From: Longimicrobiales bacterium
GTDB taxonomy: Bacteria > Gemmatimonadota > Gemmatimonadetes > Longimicrobiales > Gaopeijiaceae
NCBI GenBank assembly: GCA_965202985.1
Contig: CBDBCF010000002.1
Location: 288,001 to 352,000, forward strand
DNA: 64,000 nt
Direction: 5' to 3'
Part shown: positions 57,338-64,000 of the stretch, piece by piece
How the letters are laid out: each line of letters begins with the position of its first letter
Numbering within the stretch: position 1 is the first letter of the stretch
The notes under the pieces: generated by a model
Seen by the model: only the letters and a program-made list of their open reading frames with translations
What the model was told of the DNA's origin: nothing
The model's database searches: none
Position numbers and translations under genes: made by a program

Positions 57338-59212
57338 GTGATACCTCGATCCGTTTCCGCGCCTCGACGCGCGGCCATGTCCACGCAGCCGGCGGTTGCC
57401 TCCGCGCTCGTCGCCGCCGCCGTGCCCGCAACCCCCGTGCCCGGCGCCCCCGCGCCTGCCGTCCCTTGGCAACGGCGCGCTGCCGCTCCATGGCGCTCCG
57501 TGCCGGCGCTCTTGCTGGCGGCGTTCCTGCCCGGCGCCTGCGCCCCGGACGCGGGCCCGTCCGAACTCCGAGTCGCCCAGGACACGGTGCGGGCCGACGG
57601 CGCGATGGTCGTGTCGGCCTACCCTGACGCCAGCGCGATCGGCGCCCAGGTGCTTCGCGACGGCGGGAACGCCGTGGACGCCGCGATCGCGACCGGATTC
57701 GCGCTGGCCGTGACGCACCCCGCGGCGGGGAACATCGGCGGCGGCGGCTTCATGGTGATCCGCTTTCCCGACGGCCGGACCACGGCGTTCGACTTCCGCG
57801 AGAAGGCGCCCCTGGCGGCGCATCCCGAGATGTTCGTGGACGAGGACGACGAGTACTCCTTCCAGCTTCATCACCGAAGCCACCTTGCCGTGGGCGTGCC
57901 CGGGACCGTGGCAGGCTTTGCGCTGGCCCACGAGAGCTACGGCAGCGGCGAGTGGGGGCGGCTGGTCGAGCCGGCGGCGGCCCTGGCCCGAGACGGCTTC
58001 GAGGTCAGCGAGCGACTCGCGGTCTCGTTGGAACGCATGTTGCCCGCGTTCCAGGACTATCCCGCGACGCACGCCCAGTTCTCGAAGGACGGGGAGCCGT
58101 TCGTGCCCGGCGACACGCTCGTGCAGGCCGACTTGGCGGCCACGCTGGAGCGCGTTCGCGACCAGGGCCGAGACGGCTTCTACGCGGGCGCCACGGCGCG
58201 CCTCTTGGCCGAGGAGATGGAGCGCGGCGGCGGCTGGATCACCGAAGAAGACCTGGCGCGCTACCAGGCGGTGGAGCGCGAGCCCGTGACGGGGAGCTAC
58301 CGCGGCTTCGACGTGATCAGCATGCCGCCGCCGTCGTCGGGAGGCACGGCGCTGGTGGAGATGCTCAACCTGCTGGAGGGGTACGACTTGGCGGCTATGG
58401 GGCACAACAGTCCCCAGTACGCGCACCACTTGGTCGAGGCCATGCGCATGGCGTTCCGGGACCGTGCGGCGTTTCTGGCCGATCCCGACTTCGCGGAGGT
58501 GCCGGTGGATCGCTTGACCAGCAAGGCGTACGCCGACCAGCTGCGGGCGGGCATCGCGCCGGCCGCGGCAGGAGCGTCCAGTCCGGATGACGTGAAGGCG
58601 GCGGCCGCCGCCCTGGCGCCCGAGAGCATGGAGACGACCCACTACTCGGTCGTGGACGCCGACGGAATGGCCGTGTCGGTGACCTACACGCTTGAGGGCG
58701 GCTACGGTTCGTTCATCACCGTGCCGGGGGCCGGCTTCCTGCTGAACAACGAGATGGGCGACTTCAACGCTCGGCCCGGCCTGACCGACGAACGAGGCCT
58801 GATCGGCACGGACGCCAACTTGGCCCGCCCCGAGCAACGGATGCTGTCCTCGATGACGCCCACGATCTTGGCTCGGGACGGCGAGCTCGTGGCCGTGATC
58901 GGGAGCCCGGGGGGCCGCACCATCATCAACACGGTCCTCCAGATCGTCTTGAATCGGGTGGAGTTCGGCCAGTCGCCCGCCGACGCGGTGGCCTCGCGGC
59001 GGCTGCACCACCAGTGGCTGCCCGACGAGGCCCGCCTGGAGGAGGGGTACATGTCCGCCGAAGACGCGGCGACGTTCGCGGCGATGGGACACGCGGTCGA
59101 GTGGCGCGCGCGCCAGGGGATCGCGCACTGCATCTTCGTGGACGCGGACGCGAGGGCGCTGATCGGGGTGCCCGACCCGCGGGACTCGGACGGGACGGCG
59201 GCGGGCTACTGA
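57338..59212 (+). CDS. ggt: Gamma-glutamyltransferase (start uncertain, 57338-57377 or later)
   Basis: GGNAVDAA, GNIGGGGF, DFREKAP, PPPSSGG, ETTHYS (catalytic Thr), LNNEMGDF, SSMTP, GSPGG. Confidence 0.95.
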   Translation: MIPRSVSAPRRAAMSTQPAVASALVAAAVPATPVPGAPAPAVPWQRRAAAPWRSVPALLLAAFLPGACAPDAGPSELRVAQDTVRADGAMVVSAYPDASAIGAQVLRDGGNAVDAAIATGFALAVTHPAAGNIGGGGFMVIRFPDGRTTAFDFREKAPLAAHPEMFVDEDDEYSFQLHHRSHLAVGVPGTVAGFALAHESYGSGEWGRLVEPAAALARDGFEVSERLAVSLERMLPAFQDYPATHAQFSKDGEPFVPGDTLVQADLAATLERVRDQGRDGFYAGATARLLAEEMERGGGWITEEDLARYQAVEREPVTGSYRGFDVISMPPPSSGGTALVEMLNLLEGYDLAAMGHNSPQYAHHLVEAMRMAFRDRAAFLADPDFAEVPVDRLTSKAYADQLRAGIAPAAAGASSPDDVKAAAAALAPESMETTHYSVVDADGMAVSVTYTLEGGYGSFITVPGAGFLLNNEMGDFNARPGLTDERGLIGTDANLARPEQRMLSSMTPTILARDGELVAVIGSPGGRTIINTVLQIVLNRVEFGQSPADAVASRRLHHQWLPDEARLEEGYMSAEDAATFAAMGHAVEWRARQGIAHCIFVDADARALIGVPDPRDSDGTAAGY

Positions 59213-59266
59213 CGGGCCGTCGCGCCGGCTCGGCGGAATGCCGACGCCTGCCGAACAGCGTCGCCG

Positions 59267-61573
59267 CTAAGATCGCCCCGGGTGCTGCTCCTTCAGCAGC
59301 GCCGTCGCCAGTCGACTGGCCCTGCGGGGGTCCGCTTTGCCCTGCGTGCGCTTCATGACTTCGCCGACGAAGAAGCCCAGGAGGCCCGAACGGCCGTTGC
59401 GGTAGGCCGCGGCCTTGTCCGGGTACTCTTGGACGATCTCGGCCAGGAGCCCGCCGATCACGTCGTCGTCGGCGATCTCCGTCAGGTCCAAGCCGGCCTG
59501 GGCTTCCAGGAAAGAACCACCTCGGGCGACCAAGACCGACAACACGGTCCTCCCTTGTCGGCGCGACAGCTCCCCACGATCCACGGCCCGGACCAGGTCG
59601 GCCAGCGCCGGCGCGGCCAGCCGGACGGCTCCGTCCTCGGTTCCCCCGGCCAGCGCAGCCACCTCGTTCGCGATCCACGACGCCAGAGAGGCGGCGCCCT
59701 GCGAGTAGTGCGTCAGCGCGTCGCGAAAGAGGCGCAAGAGCTGGGGGGACCGGCACAGGGAGGCCGCCGTCGCATCGGCAACGCCGAGGGACCGCAGCTC
59801 GTCGAACGCGGCCTGCCGCTCCGGCGCCAACGGCGCGCGCTCTTCTGCGGGGCGGGCGCGGTCTCCCGAGGAGGCGGTCCGCCGAACACGGGCCTGCGCT
59901 TCCGACCCGGACTTGGCCAGGGCGGGCGCGCCTTGCGCCTTCCATCCGTCGCGCAGCGCCATCGTCCGGTTGAAGACGGGACGGCCGGGACGCGAGTCCG
60001 TCGGATCGGCGAAGAAGTAGCCGAGTCGCTCGAACTGGTAGCGGGTGCCCGCTGCCGCCTCCGCCAAGTCGGGTTCCAGCAGCGCGTCGGCCACGATCCG
60101 CTCCGAGTCCGGGTTCAGCGCGGCCGTGAAGTCGTCCTGGCCGGCCAAGGGGTCTGGCACGCGAAACAGCCTGTCGTACAGCCGGACCTCCGCCCGCACC
60201 GCATGGCGCTCCGACAGCCAGTGGACGGCGCCCTTGGGGCGAGGGCCGGACTCGGGCTCGAAGGTGCAGCGAAGCTCCACGGGCCGACCGGTCTCCGGGT
60301 CCTTCTCCACCGAGTCGCATCGGATCGCGCCGGCGTACTTGAGGCGCACCGCGCCGCCCGGCGACAATCTGCGAAAGCCCGGCGGAGGGTCCTCCTGAAA
60401 GTCGTCCCGGTCGATCCGGAGCACGCGCCCGAACGGAAGCTTCCGCGTCCCCGGCTTGCCCACGTCCGGCGGGAAGCAGGGCGCCGATATCCACTCTTCT
60501 CGGTCGGCGGGGTAGTTGGTCAGCACCACCTTCAGGGGCCGCAAGACGCAGAAGGCCCGAGGCGCGCGCCGGTTGAGGTCGTTCCGCACGGCGAACTCCA
60601 GCTTGCCCAGGTCGACCCGGGAATTGGCCTTGGACACGCCCACCATCTCGCACAGCGTCCGGATTGCCGCCGCGGTGACGCCCCGCCGCCTGAGCCCCGC
60701 CAGCGTGGGCATCCGAGGATCGTCCCAGCCGCGCACGAGTCCCTGGTCCACCAAGGCGGCCAGCTTGCGCTTGCTGGTCACCACGTAGTCCAGCGCGAGC
60801 CGCGCGAACTCGGTCTGCTCGGGTCGGGGCCGGGGCGCGTCCACGTGTTCCAGCAGCCAGTCGTAGATCTCGCGGTTGTTGTCGAACTCCAGCGTGCACA
60901 GCGAATGGGTGACGCCCTCCAGCGAGTCCGACAGGCAGTGGGCGAAGTCGTACAGTGGGTAGATCGGCCACGCGTCGCCCTGGCGGTAGTGGACCGCGTG
61001 GCGGATGCGATAGAGCACCGGATCGCGCATGACCATGTTGGCGTGGGCCATGTCGATCTTGGCCCGAAGCACGTGGCTCCCGTCGGGGAACTCGCCGGCC
61101 CGCATGCGACGGAACAGGTCGCGGTTCTCGTCCACCGTCCGCTCTCGGAAGGGGCTGTTCGTGCCCGGCTGGGTCACGGAGCCCCGTCGTTCCCGGATCT
61201 CCGCCTCGGAAGACGAGTCCACGTACGCCAGCCCCTTGTCCACCAAGACCATGGCGAAGCGGTACAGCTCCTCGAAGTAGTCGGAGGCGTGGTACAGGTG
61301 CTCGCCCCAGTCGAAGCCCAGCCAGCGGATGTCCCGCTTCATCGCCTCGACGTACTCCGCCTTCTCCGTGTCCGGGTTGGTGTCGTCCAGGCGCAGGTGG
61401 CAACGTCCGCCGGGGTGCTCGGACGCAATGCCGAAGTTCAGGCAGATCGCCTTGGCGTGGCCGATGTGCAGGAAGCCGTTCGGCTCCGGAGGGAAGCGGG
61501 TGGCCACGCGCCCCCCGTACTTGCCGGTCTCCAAGTCCCGTGCCACCATGCTGCGGATAAAGTCCATTTGCAT
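59267..61573 (-). CDS. glnS: Glutamine--tRNA ligase with C-terminal YqeY/GatB-like domain
   Basis: TRFPPEPNGFLHIGHAK, LRLDDTNP, TSKRKL, YQFERLGYF; C-terminal LLGFFVGEVMKRTQGKADP. Confidence 0.96.
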   Translation of the reverse strand: MQMDFIRSMVARDLETGKYGGRVATRFPPEPNGFLHIGHAKAICLNFGIASEHPGGRCHLRLDDTNPDTEKAEYVEAMKRDIRWLGFDWGEHLYHASDYFEELYRFAMVLVDKGLAYVDSSSEAEIRERRGSVTQPGTNSPFRERTVDENRDLFRRMRAGEFPDGSHVLRAKIDMAHANMVMRDPVLYRIRHAVHYRQGDAWPIYPLYDFAHCLSDSLEGVTHSLCTLEFDNNREIYDWLLEHVDAPRPRPEQTEFARLALDYVVTSKRKLAALVDQGLVRGWDDPRMPTLAGLRRRGVTAAAIRTLCEMVGVSKANSRVDLGKLEFAVRNDLNRRAPRAFCVLRPLKVVLTNYPADREEWISAPCFPPDVGKPGTRKLPFGRVLRIDRDDFQEDPPPGFRRLSPGGAVRLKYAGAIRCDSVEKDPETGRPVELRCTFEPESGPRPKGAVHWLSERHAVRAEVRLYDRLFRVPDPLAGQDDFTAALNPDSERIVADALLEPDLAEAAAGTRYQFERLGYFFADPTDSRPGRPVFNRTMALRDGWKAQGAPALAKSGSEAQARVRRTASSGDRARPAEERAPLAPERQAAFDELRSLGVADATAASLCRSPQLLRLFRDALTHYSQGAASLASWIANEVAALAGGTEDGAVRLAAPALADLVRAVDRGELSRRQGRTVLSVLVARGGSFLEAQAGLDLTEIADDDVIGGLLAEIVQEYPDKAAAYRNGRSGLLGFFVGEVMKRTQGKADPRRASRLATALLKEQHPGRS

Positions 61574-61631
61574 AAGTTTAGCCCAGCCGACGAGCAGTTC
61601 CTACCACCCCCGCGACTCCCGGGAGACGCGC

Positions 61632-63506
61632 ATGACCTTCGGATCGAACCCCCGCCGCGCCGCGCTTCCCGCGGCCGTCGCCGCCCTTCTCGCGCTTGCC
61701 TTTTCCGCTTCGCCCGGCGGCGCCCAGCGAACCCAGAAGCCGGTGCTCCACGGCAAGGACTGGATCGCGATCACCGGGAAGCCGCTGGGGGCCACCGCCG
61801 GCGCCATGATGTTCCTCAAGGGCGGGAACGCCGTGGACGCCGCCGCGGCGATGCTGGGCGCGACCGCCACGATGTGGGATGTGCTGGGCTGGGGCGGCGA
61901 GACGCAGGCGCTCGTCTTCAACCCCGAGACGGGCCGGGTCGTGGGCGTGAACGCGCTGGGGGTCGCGCCGACCGGCGCCACGCCCGAGTTCTTCGCGGAG
62001 CAGGGGATGACCGTGCCGCCGGCTCACGGTCCGCTGGCGGCCGTCACGCCCGGCACTCCCGGCGGACTGATGGTGATGCTGGCCGAGTTCGGACGCCTGA
62101 GCCTGGCCGACGTGCTCGCCCCCTCGATCGACATGGCACGGGGCTACCCCATCGAGGCCCAGGCCGCCGACGCCATCGAGCGCGAGAAGGAGCGGCTCGC
62201 GGAGTGGCCCTACTCCAAGGCCGTCTTCCTGCCCCGCTTCGGAGAGGAGCGGGCCGCGCCCAGCGCCGGCGAGCTCTTCGTCCAGGAGGACCTGGCCCGC
62301 ACTCTGGAGGCGCTCGTCGAGGCGGAGGCGAAGGCCCTGGCCGAAGGCGCCTCGCGACGGGACGCGATCATGGCCGCCTACGACCGGTTCTACCAAGGCG
62401 ACATCGCCCAAGAGTTCGTGCGGGGGTCTCAAGAGCAGGGCGGCCTTCACACCCTGGACGACCTGTCCAACTGGCAGGTGCACCTGGAAGAGCCCGTGAG
62501 CGCGTCGTACAAGGGCATCGACGTCTACAAGCTCACCACGTGGGTCCAAGGACCCGTGCTTCTCCAAGCCCTCAACATCCTGGAGGACCTGGATGTGGGG
62601 GCGATGGGCTACAACTCCGCGCGCTACATCCACGCCCTCTACCAAGCCATGAACCTGGCCTTCGCCGACCGCGACTTCTACTACGGCGATCCCTACTTCC
62701 CGCCCGAGGAACCCGTTCAAGGCCTGCTGTCCAAGGAGTACGCCCGCTCCCGCGCCGCCCAGATCGACTGGGAGCGGAACGACCCGGACGCCCGGCCCGG
62801 CGACCCGTACCCCTTCCAGGGCGGCTCGAACCCCTTCCTCCACCTGATCGAGAGCTGGAACGCGCCCGACCCCGCGGTCTCCCCCCAAGCACCCGACGAG
62901 CCCGCCTACGAAGACGCGTTCTATGCCGGGACCACCTCGATCCAGGCCGCCGACGCCGAAGGCTGGGTCGTGTCGGTCACGCCCTCGGGCGCGTGGATCC
63001 CCGCGGTCGTGGCCGGCAATACCGGCATCGGCATGAGCCAGCGCATGCAAAGCTTCGTGCTGGACGAGCGGGCGGGCCCCTACAACGTGCTGGAGCCGGG
63101 CAAGCGTCCTCGGGCCACGCTGACGCCGTCGTTGGCGCTGAAGGACGGACGGCCCTTCCTGTCCTTCGCGGTGCAGGGCGGGGACGGACAGGACCAGAAC
63201 CTGCTCCAGTTCTTCTTGAACGTGGTGGAGTTCGGCATGAACGTTCAGGAAGCGGCGGAGGCCGCCAACTTCAACAGCTACCAGATGCGGAGCTCCTTCG
63301 GCGAGCACGAGTCCCGCCCCGGGCGCCTCCTCTTGAACGACCGAGTGCCTCCGTGGGTTCGAGCCCAGCTTCGGGAGATGGGCTATGACCTGACGTTCGG
63401 GTCGCGCACGTCGGGACCGATCAACGCCGTCTACTTCGACGCGGCCGCGGGCACCATGTGGGGCGGCTCCAGCAACCACGGAGAAGACTACGGGATTGCA
63501 TGGTAG
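61632..63506 (+). CDS. Gamma-glutamyltransferase-family protein (second, divergent paralogue)
   Basis: GGNAVDAA, GWGGE, AFADRDFYYGDP, GTTSIQAAD (Thr nucleophile), PGKRPRATLTP, GGDGQDQ. Confidence 0.92.
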   Translation: MTFGSNPRRAALPAAVAALLALAFSASPGGAQRTQKPVLHGKDWIAITGKPLGATAGAMMFLKGGNAVDAAAAMLGATATMWDVLGWGGETQALVFNPETGRVVGVNALGVAPTGATPEFFAEQGMTVPPAHGPLAAVTPGTPGGLMVMLAEFGRLSLADVLAPSIDMARGYPIEAQAADAIEREKERLAEWPYSKAVFLPRFGEERAAPSAGELFVQEDLARTLEALVEAEAKALAEGASRRDAIMAAYDRFYQGDIAQEFVRGSQEQGGLHTLDDLSNWQVHLEEPVSASYKGIDVYKLTTWVQGPVLLQALNILEDLDVGAMGYNSARYIHALYQAMNLAFADRDFYYGDPYFPPEEPVQGLLSKEYARSRAAQIDWERNDPDARPGDPYPFQGGSNPFLHLIESWNAPDPAVSPQAPDEPAYEDAFYAGTTSIQAADAEGWVVSVTPSGAWIPAVVAGNTGIGMSQRMQSFVLDERAGPYNVLEPGKRPRATLTPSLALKDGRPFLSFAVQGGDGQDQNLLQFFLNVVEFGMNVQEAAEAANFNSYQMRSSFGEHESRPGRLLLNDRVPPWVRAQLREMGYDLTFGSRTSGPINAVYFDAAAGTMWGGSSNHGEDYGIAW

Positions 63507-63584
63507 CGCCGCGACCAAGGGGCGGACGCGCATGACTGCTCCTGGACTGCGCGGGCGTGGGTTGCGCTCCGACGGGCCTCGGCG

Positions 63585-64000
63585 ATGACCGGTCGCCCCA
63601 ATCCGCTGCTGGACCGCAGCCTGCCGATTCCGTTCGACAGGATCGAGCCGGCGCACGTGGGTCCGGCCGTCGAGGAGACGCTGGCGTGGGCGCGGCGGCG
63701 GATCGACGAAGTGGCCCAGGGCGCTTCGGCGGACGGCGCCGACGTGCTGGCGCAGCTGGACGCCGTGGGCGACGAGGTGGCGCGCACGTGGGCGCCGGTC
63801 TCTCACCTGGCCAACGTGGACGCCACCCCCGAACTGCGGGAGGCCCACGCCGCGGCGCTGCCCGAGATCGTGCGCTTCGGCAGTCGCTTCTTCCAGCACG
63901 AAGGCGTCTTCGCTCGGCTGCGGGCACTGGAAGGCTCGCCGGAGCGGGCGCGCATGTCGCCGCTGGAGCGACGCCACCTGGACAAGACGCTCCGCGATTT
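63585..64000 (+). CDS. M3-family oligopeptidase (oligopeptidase A-like), 5' part
   Basis: MTGRPNPLLDRSLPIPFDRIEPAHVGPAV...WAPVSHLANV..TPELREA; runs off the right edge. Confidence 0.82.
   Translation, partial: MTGRPNPLLDRSLPIPFDRIEPAHVGPAVEETLAWARRRIDEVAQGASADGADVLAQLDAVGDEVARTWAPVSHLANVDATPELREAHAAALPEIVRFGSRFFQHEGVFARLRALEGSPERARMSPLERRHLDKTLRD

Noticed and set aside
59282..63977. 1368 aa plus-strand and 799 aa minus-strand ORFs
   Set aside because: Antisense or alternate-frame shadows of glnS and the GGT gene, typical of high-GC DNA
1..64000. tRNA, rRNA, integrase or transposase genes; full-length self-targeting spacers
   Set aside because: None recognised by eye; self-targeting was not exhaustively testable without alignment tools

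Overview
High-GC bacterial chromosomal window. The gene repertoire (DUF1552/DUF1592-ankyrin cluster, DUF5916, barrel-less plug proteins, GlnRS-YqeY) suggests Gemmatimonadota, but this is inference only. From left to right it contains: (1) a Fur-box-preceded haem/tetrapyrrole uptake operon (CbiX-like lipoprotein, HmuY, TonB receptor) and pheA; (2) a ~28 kb defence region; (3) housekeeping and envelope genes (M16 peptidase, DUF5916, ankyrin-DUF1552-DUF1592, peroxiredoxin, AI-2E, cspA, TolC-MFP-RND pump, two GGTs, glnS-YqeY, start of an M3 peptidase). The defence region holds a complete type I-G (I-U) CRISPR-Cas system (cas7-csb2-cas3-csb3/cas8g-cas4-cas1-cas2) with about 135 repeats by manual count, a VapBC-type TA pair between a decayed and an intact copy of a serine hydrolase gene, an HTH-ImmA/IrrE gene, an AAA ATPase and a fused restriction-modification enzyme. 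The most unusual structure lies just beyond the array trailer: a ~385 bp duplicated unit (small winged-helix-like ORF plus terminal repeat; only the intact left copy has a promoter) enclosing a hybrid mini-array of one type I-E repeat, a 36 nt spacer and one degenerate I-G repeat. The main array also contains repeatedly re-acquired spacer variants aligned at one end. All functional calls come from visual motif recognition; no database searches were run.
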